This document shows, piece by piece, positions 36,328 to 48,308 of a stretch of 64,000 nucleotides of DNA; position 1 is the first letter of the stretch, and each line of letters starts with the position of its first letter. The position numbers were made by a program, and so were the translations under genes. This DNA comes from Basidiobolus meristosporus CBS 931.73 (Eukaryota; Fungi; Basidiobolomycota): the NCBI GenBank assembly GCA_002104905.1, contig MCFE01000002.1, forward strand, positions 186,001-250,000, read 5' to 3'. The notes under the pieces were generated by a model that saw only the letters and a program-made list of their open reading frames with translations, had not been told where the DNA came from and searched no databases.

Positions 36328-38611
36328 TTATACCATCTTGCGGAAAAAGGAGTCCGCCCGTAGTGCCATAGTAACGTCCTCTTCGGCAACATTCAGACGA
36401 ATGCGTTGGTGAAGGTCCAACCTTCCGGCCTCAACCAGTAGGCATCGTGCAGCCCCCAGGCTAGCGCAGATGGCAGCCAAGTCTGAGGTATTCGGTGGCT
36501 CCAGGTTGTTCATACGACAGATTTGGATATGCTGATTGGCTACCTCTCCGAACTCAACCTCGGGCAAACCGGCTTTTCGAAGTTGATGGTTGAGAGCAAC
36601 CAAAAACATCTTCTGATGTAACGAGGCATTCTGGATGAACTTCACATTGCTTGAGGCGTACATCTCTTTGATGGCTTTATCTACCATGCTCATGGTCACC
36701 TGGGTGATGGGCTGTCCATTTGCCGCGGCCTGGCCTCCCCTATGTGCGGTCTCGACCAACTCAACTGCGCGTCGACAAATATCCAAGGCTCTACGTGCGT
36801 CTCCAGAGACCGCACTTACCTTACGTGCACAGAATTCCATCGCGTCGCTGTCAAAGGTGTTGTTCCCTACAAGGCGTGACTGTATAATACTATACAGCTG
36901 TTGGTGTGAATAGGGCTGGAAGTTGATGCGCGTCAAGCCGAGACGACTAGAGATCTTATTCGATAGAATTCTTTCAGGAAGGTCCATCGTGTTGGCGACA
37001 GCGATAACAATCAACCGGGAGTTTGGACGATTGGGCCATTCAAAAAAGTTGTACATGACTGTTTGTTTGCGTGTCACCAGGAGATCCAACTCATCCATCA
37101 AAACGAGGCAAGGCTTACGATCATTTGATGGTGAAGTGAACATCTTCTCCAAAAGATCAGACGCATGTTTGGCGGTGACTCGCTCACCGGTAAGTGCCTC
37201 ATAGAGTAGGGTGTAGGCATAGGACGGCTCAGTCAGTTTCATACCATTGATTTCCACAAACTGGAACTCTGCAATATCTCCCTCCTCAGCCTTTCCCTGA
37301 AGATTACGGATCACCTCATGTACGGTGGCAGTTTTTCCGGTACCGGGGACTCCTGATATATAAACACAAGTGCCAGTCTCGTCTTCCAGGGAGCTTTCAA
37401 CATGGGCCAGAATTTCTGCGAACTCGTCCTCTCGGCAGGGAAGAGTGAGAGGAACAGCAGAGACGTGGAGATTCTGTCTCGCCTGCTCAAAGTGATTGTC
37501 GGTATCGAGTTGTTGTATTTGTCGCCGACGAAGAGGAGTGATTGGTGCAAGGGTCTTTAGCCTTCTCCTGCCTAAGACTGATTTCGGTGTCGCTGGTGGC
37601 TTGGGCTTTTTGCCACGTGGGGTGCGGGTCTGTTGGAATTCATCAGCACTTTCATCAGTAGAAGTCTCATCACGGGGTGTGGTAGGAAGGGCATCTTCGT
37701 CTTCACTTTCATTATTATCTTCGAATTCATCGCTAGATGGGTCTTGCTTGACTACACTTTTTCTACGAGTGCCTTTAGCTGATCTTGGAAGGGTCTTGTT
37801 TAACTCGGCTGTAGGTGTGGAGTCTTCCACTTTTACGAGTCTTGATGATTTTCTGGTAGCAGTCGCTGGCTCCTTCTTCACTTCTGTAGGCTGTTTACGA
37901 GGACGTCCTCTGGTTCGTGGGGTTTGCGGTATTGCTAGCTCATCACTCTCTATTGGTACTATTTTTCTTGGTCGACCTCTTCTAGATGGTGTAACCGGTA
38001 CATCAGTGGCTAATATATCTTGATTTTCTTCTTCCGCCTCGAGCTCACATTTTATCGCTTCAGTAGGGTCATCGGCTACTTCGTCCGCTTTGGATAAAGC
38101 TTTCTTCGGCCTTCCTCTCTTGGAAGTAGTTACTGGCTTAGATGCACTTTTCTGAGCAGCTTTTTCATTCTTTCGGGCCGTCGCAGGTGTTTGTGTCGAG
38201 GCTCCTACAGAGCGAGTAGGTCGCTGTGTGGAGCGACCTCGAGTTTTTGGTGTTTCTATGTTGTTGGTGATTGCGTTTTTCTCTTCTCGAGCAGCTGTTC
38301 TTGCACTTCTTCGTAATGGAGTACGCATAGACAACTCATCGTCTTGGATGACGGGCTACCGTGAAAGATTTTGGTCGTTAATATCTGAGGGTTAGGAACT
38401 GGTATTCAACTGAAGTGAGGGAAGCTTCATTTACCTCCGAACTTTTATCCGAGTTGTTCATATCCTTGGTCCACTCGAGGCGATAGACAATTCCAAGGTC
38501 TCTGTCGTCGATGGATGAGAATATCCTCTAGTTATCCAGCCAAGCGGTAAATCATCGGAGGTAAACAAACAATAGAATCGACGAGCCAATCACCAAGTAT
38601 ATTGGTAGCAT
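36328..38611 (-). CDS. ORC1: Origin recognition complex subunit 1 (5' end uncertain)
   Basis: LHVSAVPLTLPCREDEF, Walker A ISGVPGTGKT, Walker B VLMDELD, AVANTMDLPER, SGDARRALDICRRA, winged helix. Extra upstream exon at 38435-38527; start at 38611 is tentative. Confidence 0.9.
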
Positions 38612-39177
38612 TCATCCTGAGAGCACAGTAGATCAAACTGTCTATGTAAATCATGAATTTAACCAAGACATAACCACCCAAATTGGTTAGCCTCCGATTG
38701 GTGACCACAGAATCTTAATCAACTGACATTGCTGTGGCAGCCCCACAAATCTTAGCAACTGCCTAAACCCCAGTCATCTCATCAACTGATGATCAGACGG
38801 ATATCTTACAAAATGTGGTCGGAAGGTTCAGGTCGAGCGATGTACTAATCGGGAAGAAATACGCTCATTGGAAGTATAGATTAATTTCTATTCTAATAGT
38901 TGTATTGACAATCATTGATATTGATTTAAACATGGTAACTGAGATCTTGGTCCACAGTTAGCAGGCGCAGGCGGATACGGAATGTCTAAAATTTTGACAT
39001 TGAGAAAGTATAGTGGTTCTTTGTATTTCCCATCCATTCCATTCTTGCCTCAAGCACCCAAGACACCCAACGCTTCACTGCTAATATTGCCTCGAGGTCC
39101 ATCTTGTTGACAAAGAAAGGGATACATTACATTATTACAAACCCATTCGACTGAATCGAATTTATTAGCATAACCTA

Positions 39178-40467
39178 ATGTCTAAGCCCTCTTCTACTAT
39201 GCACCTTGCCGCCGGGGCTACTTCTGGTCTTGTTTCGTGTGTACTACTTCAGCCACTAGATTTGGTCAAGACCAGAATGCAGCAGCAACACCAAATCTCG
39301 CTGGTATCGAATGCGGCTCAGAACAGGCAAGTTTGGACATGTTTGTTTTCCAGGTGAATCCGTTTCACTCTTATCCTTACCCGTTCTTATTATGCTAGCT
39401 CACTCTTCGGTACGGTGAAGCAAATCATATTCAAAGACGGCCCTACCGGACTTTGGAGAGGGACGATCCCAACCATCTTCAGGTTTGAACATTTGTTTCC
39501 TATAACCACCGCTACGCGACTAATACAGTGTGTTTGAAATCAGAAACGTCCCAGGAAACGGCCTCTACTTTATGATGTTGAGCCACTGGCGGGAGTTTTA
39601 CCAAAAGGCGTTACCCTCGTTAACAGGAAAATCAGAAAACTCGTTGAAAAGCACTGCGAACTTATTGTCGGGCGCTTCTGCCAGGGCTCTCACCGGATTC
39701 ATAGCCATGCCTATCACCTTAATCAAAGTGCGATATGAGGTACACATATTGAAGTGGTTTTACTAGGAGCCGTTTAACTGATTTTTCGTGTAGAGTGATA
39801 TTTACCAATACAAGAGTATTCGTGAGGCGATCGTTTCCACCTCGAAAACTCACGGTCTTAGAGGTATCGCATGATTTTACCGAAAATGGTGATCGTTTTT
39901 CGAGGTTTTAAACTTCCGGTTGGATAGGATTCTTCGTGGGCTATGGTGCAACCGCCATGAGGGATGCCCCCCTTGCCGGGATCTACGTTGCTGCCTATGA
40001 GCAGTTTAAGGTCTCATTGATTGGTACGTTCTTTTCGATGAGTTCGATGAATGTGGCGTTTTCGACTAACGTATCGCTTGTATATAGCACTTGATTCTAA
40101 AAAGGGGACAAATATCCCAGTACAGATCATTCAATGGCGTGGCAGGCATCTTTGCTGGAGTTACTGCTACTACGTTAACCCATCCTTTTGACGTGTTGAA
40201 GACCCGTATGCAACTTCAACCCACAGAGTATCACAACTCCTTACAAGCGTCCATCAAAATCCTTCGCGTAATGGTTCTTTGTTGCCCTCTATTTTTCAGC
40301 ATCATTCTAACCAGATTCATCCTACACAGGAGGAGAAATTCAACGGGCTTTTCAAAGGCCTGTTGGTCCGTTTGATGAGAAAGCCGCTCAGCTCAGCTAT
40401 CACGTGGGTCGTATACGAGGAGTTCTTGCGTCTCACTACCCTCAAGAATAGTCACTTTACACACTAG
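39178..40467 (+). CDS. HEM25: Mitochondrial glycine carrier (SLC25A38/Hem25 type, spliced)
   Basis: Three carrier signatures: [33 protein letters not shown]; also RDAP.AG.Y and [14 protein letters not shown]. Confidence 0.88.
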
Positions 40468-40823
40468 TAGATATCAGGGGTGCACTGGTTAGCTCAATAC
40501 TATACCTGTGTAAATTGTTACCCATATTTTGAGCGCACTTAGGATCTATCCAATTTCCCTTTATGTATAGCCACTTGTATACCTCACCTTATCCACCTCT
40601 AGCATGCCACACGTATATTATCAACCCTCGACCACCAGACGTGTCCTCACCTTAACTCACATAATCTAAACCAATTGTACAATCCGCTATGGCCATGAAG
40701 GGTTGTATTGAATTTATTGAATGGTAATTATTCAAGTAGGTTGTGGTGTGACAGTCGAAGATTCATTAATAGCGAGGGTATATATATATATATGTATATG
40801 TATATCGAGAGTTGAGATGATGA

Positions 40824-43800
40824 TCAGCTCCTGTTCTCCCAGATTTGCTTCTTCTTACTTTTGAATTTCCCCACGGTTAGCCAAGTGTTGTATGCATCGT
40901 ATCTTTGCTTTTCAATGTTGGGGTTGGTAAATCTTGTCCCGCCAGATTTCAGCATTTCGCTTGGCATTTCAACATACGTGGTGTAAAGCATAAGGTCCGA
41001 GTTGGAAGTGTGTGGCTCAACGGGATGAACCTTGCTCTTGCCGACATAGGAGGCGTATATGGGATAGTCAGAGTGATTGGTGAGCAAATGTTCATCTTCT
41101 ACGGCGGTTGGGGTGGGGGCCATGAATGCCGAGTTGGACTTGAATTGGTTGACGTAGCTGGTGAGATTATCGAAGATGGAGTTAGTCCAGCGCATGAAAC
41201 GTGGTTCGTGAGGTAGGATTACCGTCGATATTCACGGGTTTCGTTGTTGGCTACTTCGGGGTGTAGCAAGCGGGAAACCAGCTCCGTAGTGGTTTTTCCG
41301 GAGGTGGATTTTTTGTTGACAGTGTTGGAATCTTCCGAGTCGTTGGGCTCCTTTTTCGACTGAATGGGGCTTGTGCTTGGGTTTTTTAAGGCTAACCAGC
41401 GTCGAAAACCACCTATATTCAATCTGTCCAGGCTGACGGGAAATGTTGGTGGATATCCCTCGACCACGTTGAACCTGTGTGACATACCTGGTACTCTGAG
41501 AGCTGGCTCTAACCGTGAATGGGCTGTAATCACTTTCATTAACCACCTCCTTCTGAACCTGGTCTTTAAATGACATTCTAACATTTCGAGGTGAGAAATA
41601 GGGATGGCTATGGTATACTGATGAGACCTACTTGAGAGTGGAATTCATGTTATACGCAAACAGGTTTGCGAAGGAGGTAAATAGCCTAGGCCGATAATAC
41701 TCAATCCAGTAGCCTCTAAACGGGTCATCACCATCGTCATCATACTGTTGTGGCCGTCTCACAAGCTGATACATTGACATGTCTGGCTCTTTGTCTTCTC
41801 TTTTTTGCAAAGAATCGGGGCTCCACCAATGAATATAGCTGGAAGAATTTGAGCATTGGTTAGGTATCCGGTACAAGTGGAAACTGCAGGAACTCACTTT
41901 CTTCTGGAGCCTCGATAGCGTGGATCCTCGTGATGTAAGTAGTAATCGGACTGAAGCTCCCATAGCATCGGCCCATCTCTTTCAGGTATAAAATTCCCCA
42001 AGAACAAGTTAATCGAGTCCTGTTTCTCAGCATCTGGTAGAGCGAAGAGGTTAAGTGGAAAGGTCACTGGGTCTGCCAAAAGCGGACTCACCAATAAACG
42101 AGTTATTGTAGTAGCGCTTTAAGGCCTCAATCATGTCTCTTGAATGACTTGACCATTGCTTGATCTTGCGATAGGTCTCCATGGTATTCACTAAATGCGA
42201 GCCGCCGTACTGTAGTGCGATGGTGTTTCCGTGGTCATGATACATTTCTGTAAGCATATTGACTGCGTCACAATCGAAAGGTATGAACGGCTCTGGAATG
42301 ACCCCCAATGCGTATAGCTACGAAGCAGTTAGTAGTGATCAAGAGGTGATAAAAGGCTTGAAGCTAACCTGGTGCGCCAATGCACATCTTCCGATCACAA
42401 ATTGAGCAGCATTGGTTCGATCCACGCAGTCAATACAGTTGGTCCGCACCACTCCATTCTGACGACGGGACATGATTCGATCAGCCTCTGTATTTGGCTC
42501 CCTGAGATACAGTACTTTAGCATATTAGTCACTATGTTGCGTCTCTAATAAGTCGTACTCTTGTTGTCGTTTCATGAAGTTGATGTAAGGCTCGGGTCCG
42601 CTATGAAAGAAATTGGTGTCTCGAAGTGCATCCTCAGCTATCTTCTCCAACGTTCCGATAACATCCTGATCCGGACTAGATAGCTAATGAGTATTGGGTA
42701 GGTGATCACGCTGCAGAAGGCGCTCTACCTCTTTGAAGCTCTAGACATATCCCAAGCAATGTACTGGATCTTCTTGTCATCTGGCAAGAACTGGTTCAGG
42801 TAGGCAATGTTTTGGGAATATTCATCCAACAATTTGGACTCTCGCTTGGTTTTCTCTTTCGCCTTCATATAGACGCTTGGTTCAGTGACTGTTGTACTCG
42901 GAGCACTCACCGTAAGGCCCTACCTTGATCAGATTCAATACAATCACGGGTGCTCCGTAACGTTTGTGCATGTTGTCGAAGTGCAGAGCGGCAGCGGAGA
43001 AGAATGGATCTCTATATTTCACTGGATGCATGAAACCTCGTTAGCGTCTAGAGAGCTTCCAAATTCAAGGAGAATCAGGGCACCTTCAATGGGTGGCTTT
43101 GGTGCCATTGAATTGGTATCTTGGGTCCAAAATAGAGGGATAGACCCACGATGCTGTGTATACGAAGTATAACCAGGGTTGTTGAACAGTCGTCCGCCAG
43201 GACAGTGGAACGAAGTTGTGTTCATGTCATGGACAATCTGTTCCGTCTCCACATCGTTGGCCACATATCCCTACTCCTCTTGTTAGCAGTGTCTTTGGCA
43301 ATAGCGAACAAACCAACATACCTGGTCGTTTACACCTCGCTTCAGAAACCGGGCCCCCGCAAAAAACCGAGATCGGCGTGCAATCAATGTGACAAATATA
43401 TTCCGCCCGAAGACATTCACGCCTGGTTGCTTACAATGAATACTCCTTGTTGCTGTAGGCAGACACAAATGGCCACTCACTTGCTTGATCTACAAATCCG
43501 TAAATGATCGGCAAAATCCAATCCGAGTTGCTTCGCAGACTCCGAAAACCGGTCTCCAGAAGATAGTGATTCCATACGAACATCTCGTTGTACGAAAAGT
43601 TCCTCCAGTTTGGCGGCCTGGTCATGTTATGTTGAAGTGTGTGGGTTATGTCATATGTATAGCTGAAGTAGAAGTTTCGACTAAGATCCACGTTCTGAAA
43701 GATATTGATGTATCTACCAGCATCAAACACATTAGATCATTAAGAGTTAAGTGGTCAACCACTGGAGTCTTACCGCGACTCGTCTGCTTTTCGATCGGAT

Positions 43801-44442
43801 TTACCAGCGTTCGTTATTGGTAGAAGCAACGTGTCGTCTATATGATAAATGTAGTGCCCACCGATCAATGCAACTGCACTTCGTTTCGTTATCAGTACTA
43901 CGTAGTATCCCTCCAGAAACTTTATAAACCCTAAATAGAGCTGTTGAGCATCTGTAGAAAAGCCCGTCCAGGTTTGCACTAACCAACTATTCCGTAAGCA
44001 GATATCACTTTGTTTAAGCCCCCTGTAGCTTTGTTTCCATCCTCTATCATAGGCTAGTAAATCCACTATTTCATCTCTTGAATAGACCACCTCATCCTCT
44101 ACTATGCTCAGCTCCTCTGTACAGGTACGGTCGATCTTCAATATTCTGAACCTATTGTCGCTTTGATTAGAGCCTACTATATAGAATCTCTATCAATACA
44201 AAAGTGTTAATGGCTTTCATAACGACGCTTTTCCCGGCATCCCGTACCGTCTTTGTTTCGTATAAGGTGAACTTGTTTAGGACCAGGCGCTTGGTTTCTT
44301 TACTGTCCGAGGACTCCTCTGTTAAGTTTAAGGGGGTTGATAAACGTTGGTTAGCGTTCAAGATGGTTGCCGAAGAGTGTCGAAAACTCGAAGTATCGGC
44401 AATAGTATTTCGAAAGTTCGGATTCCGCTTGTGAGCAGCCAT
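40824..44442 (-). CDS. FIG4: Polyphosphoinositide phosphatase Fig4 (SAC domain, spliced; one apparent 1-nt frameshift)
   Basis: [67 protein letters not shown], catalytic [23 protein letters not shown]. Confidence 0.94.
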
Positions 44443-44813
44443 ACTGTGGATATCTCAAGAGAGTCAAACCGCCTCTATGTATCATGCACAAGAGTTGTGG
44501 AATATATTCCAAAATTAATTTAACGCTGGGAGCATGGGTACTGGCAGATGTGACTGATCTGAATGGAATGCATTTATTAGAATTCATAGATCACAAAGTT
44601 CAACTCGAATAAAAAATAATGTCTATTACACTATCTATAACTGTGCATGTATCGGGAACTAAGAAACCAGCGGAGAACTACACTCGCACCAGTCGCACAC
44701 AAAAGATATCAAACAAGGTTAAGAGAGCTGGGAGGTCAACTCGAACTTAATTAAAAGGATAGGGAAGTGGCATGGTAAACACTAATTGGCATGCCTTGTG
44801 TGAAAGAAGTTGT

Positions 44814-47455
44814 CTAATCAAGCATACTAGCGTAATCTTCATAAGAAGCAAAGGTAGGTAGGTCCTTAGCCTTTCTTCTCTTCTTCCGTCCTTTGTTCGA
44901 TTCCTCCTCCTCGGGCTCAGCGACCGGCACCTCTTCGTCACTACCCACGAGATCCTCTTCGTCATCGCCGAAGGGCAGCTCGTCCTCGCCAAAGTCATCG
45001 CTATCCACATCCTCAGCCTCTTCTGCGCTGTCGGCATCCTCCATGTCTTCCGGCTCATCCTCAGACCCTTCGGCTTCCTCATCAGACTCAGATTCACTGA
45101 CACTGAGATCATCCAATTCAGAATCATCTTCATCGTCGTCGTCGTCCTCCACGTTTGGCATTCCAGCAGTCATCGCTTGCCAGATCTCGTCTTCGTCAGA
45201 ATCACCAAGTGGCTCACCTTCGTCTGAGTCGTCGTCGTGCTTTCTCTTCTTCTTCTTGTTATTAATTGTATCTTGCATACGAGATCTTTCGGAGAAGAAC
45301 TTGTGGAAGAAGACTTCATCTACTGGAACTTCAGCTGCCTTCTTTCTCCAGAAGGCTTCAGAGTTCACGGTAACATCACTGATACCAGCTCCTCTCTTCC
45401 AAACAACACCGCCAGTAGTATTGTAGTCCATAGGCTGGTGAATAGAAGCACCACGTAAAGTGGAGGACTTCTTCTTAGGATTACGGTACACGAAGCGGTC
45501 AAGGAAGTGCATGATAGTATGAAGATGAAGCTGTGGTTGGGTATGGATTCTGTCGCCCTTCAGAAGCTGGTTGGCAAACATAGCAACTGTGGGATGGAAA
45601 TGATCGGCAAATGGAACCAACTCCCAAAGACAGCTCTTCTCGGCACTGGTAAACCGGGGGTCTCTCTTGCGGCCATCGTAGCTAACCCTGGGTGTTTGCT
45701 CAGCCTTGCTAGCAACATCGCCATCCTCGCCTTCCTTCACATCCTCAAAATGCTCCTCTTCGTCGTCCGAGTCCTTAACGTCCTCGAAATGCTCCTCATC
45801 GTCATCGTTCTCGGGTTGGAAAATTAGGGCTCTGATGCCCTGGTTGGATTGTATGAGCTCAGATACCAAGAAAAGGGCACCGCAAATGAAAGGTGGTTGG
45901 TGATGTCCACAGATTTGCACGATACGCTTGACAAAGCCCATAACTCTTGGCAACGACACGTCAGCCTTAAGCGACTTGAAGATAAGGTTTAGGTACATTG
46001 CTTGCTTAGATGAGTTGGCGAGGCGTGGATCCAAGAGCGAATCGTACAAAGCACGATAGAATCGATCAGAGACTGCCTGCTTGGATGAGGAGACTTGGTA
46101 AATGAGCGAGAGAGCCTGGACGACTACATTAAAGGTACTAGTGTGGGTAATCTTGAAGAGGGTATCAAGGTTAGCGTCGAAAATATCATCCTCGACACGA
46201 GCAAAGGGAAAGGCTCTGTTGACACCGGTGAGAATAGCAGCAATGATTTTGGAAACCTCCGAGTCTTCGGTTGCTACGTCGTTGGGGCTCTCGTTCTTCT
46301 TCTTCTTTCCCTTGGCCTTCTTCTTTGCTGCCACCTGGGGAGTCTTTTCGCCCTTGGTGGGCTTTTGATCACTGAGAAGCTTCTTGAAAAAGGTGAAGTA
46401 GATGTCAATCAACTTATTGGCGGCAACGACATCGGCACTCGTCAAAATCATCTGATTCAGGGTGATGATACCAGAATACTGAGCCCGTCTGTGAATATTC
46501 GTACGGAAAAGCAACCCTTCGATTTCTCTAGCTACAATGAACTTCATATTGGGATGCTTCACCAGGAGCTGTAGAACCAAAAAGGAAACCTTTGAGGAGA
46601 GCTTTCTATCGGTATCTCCCTACTGAAACGTTAGTGGTGCAATGGGGAGTAGAGACGAGGTAGACTTGGCCTTACGAGCTTGTTGATCAGAAGTTTTAAA
46701 AGATTCTGCTCCTGCTCTGGCTTTTCGGATAGAAGCTCCGATATGTAAACTGCCATGTTGGTTTTCACGTTGCCAACTGGATCTTGTGATAAAACCTGAC
46801 GAAAAGATTAGCCACCAATCACGACTTGTCAGTCGCGGGAAAAACTAACCTCGATCAGCTGGATAATCTCGAAATAATACTGCTTGAGGAAGTCCTCGAA
46901 ATACCAAACAATCAAATGTGCAGGAGTGACTTTAGGGTGACCGATAGGCTGGTCTTGGAAGTGCTTGAGCTTTCTATCGGGTAGTAGGTTGTTAAGCATG
47001 AGATCCTTCAAACTAGCTACAGTCATCAAAGCTTCACGTCGATTCTTCTTCTTGGCCATGGCCAACAGAGAAGTCAAGGTTTTGTGTGAATGTATGGGAG
47101 ACTCTCCAACTAGCAAGGTCAATGCGGAGACTTTATCGTTCAAAGTACCAGTATTGATGACCGTTGACAAGAAAGTTTTGTCGGAACCAGACATTTGCTT
47201 TTTAGCCTCGTAATTGGTATTTTCGCGTTCAAACAACTCTCTTGCTTGTTCCTTCTTTTTCTCAATTGCATTCTCGGACATGGGATTCACGTTATTGTCC
47301 AAAGTTGGCAGAGGGATTTCAAACCACCGGTTGGAGGGCTTGAGTATCTAAACAAGTGTACCGTGTCAGCGAACAAGGCCGAGCATAGCATCGAGCACAG
47401 GGGATACTTACAGTGCGAGACTTGTCCTCGGGGCCTTTATTCTGCTTTCTCGCCA
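44814..47455 (-). CDS. MAK21: CBF/Mak21 (Noc1) ribosome-biogenesis protein (spliced; 5' exon has an apparent 1-nt indel)
   Basis: GTLNDKVSALTL, KPEQEQNLL.LL.NKLGD, AILTGVNRAFPF, YDGRKRDP, HFHPTV, FLDRFVYRNPK, acidic tail, TFASYEDY. Confidence 0.92.
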
Positions 47456-48308
47456 TACTAATCTATCTACTGAATATTACGTGTATTGGAGAAGTGAAAG
47501 GGATATAGCAGGCTTGTGATAACTCATAAACAATATGCTAAATATTCTCTAACAACGATATCATTTTCTCTTCGCTCCGAAAAAAAAAATTCGACATTTG
47601 CCAATACTAGCAGCGTTAACCATAAAAAAAAACCATTCATCCTGTCAGTCACATCATTACTCCGCGTTTAACATGGGAAATGGTGATTAAACTTAACCAG
47701 CTTTCATGGGCCCAAAAAAGGAATGTTTCCCATTTCTCATTGTTTATCAATGTTATGGGCATGATGCATCGCTCATATCATTCACAACAAATCAGATCGT
47801 TGTAAATCAAATCCATTTTAACCTCAATTACTGCTGGATTGATGTGGCTGCATCAGTTAGCGAAAATAAGCTACTCCCCCTTGTTAATTCCGGTGGATTT
47901 TGGCTTAAATTGGCCACTGGCCTTGTCCTAATTTCCAGCTCAAAAAATTTCGTTGACGTTGATCTGGGATCGGATTCAGGAAAAATCTGAAGTTAAGAAA
48001 TACGTGAAACTATGCATCTTATGGAGTGTTAGTTATATAGCTTTTTACCCGTAACCACTAGTGAGCTTTTCACCTGAAATACTGTTAGCGCGTCATCCCT
48101 ACTTAAAAGTAACAGGTCTCCAAGAGAAAGCATCTTAAGGCGTCTCTTCAAATACCTTTGTCTGTTTCTTGTTTATTATTTTGTAAGCGTTTCTTTCTTT
48201 CCAAGTGCTGAACGTATGTTTTTTCGATAGAGCTTTCAATCCAATTCACCACGAAAATAACCTCAACATACTATCCTATCGACAGCATCATCGAAGGCGA
48301 CACCAAAT

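Noticed and set aside
39327-39400. Possible GC-AG intron in HEM25 (AG|GCAAGT)
   Set aside because: A canonical GT donor 27 nt downstream (39354) also keeps the frame; cannot be decided without transcripts.
27789-40805. (CAC)n run after the dynactin stop and (TA)n run at ~40779-40805
   Set aside because: Ordinary short microsatellites in UTR or intergenic DNA.
28388-47455. Ribosome-biogenesis cluster (SFP1, RRP7, MAK21)
   Set aside because: Three genes over 19 kb interspersed with unrelated genes is compatible with chance.
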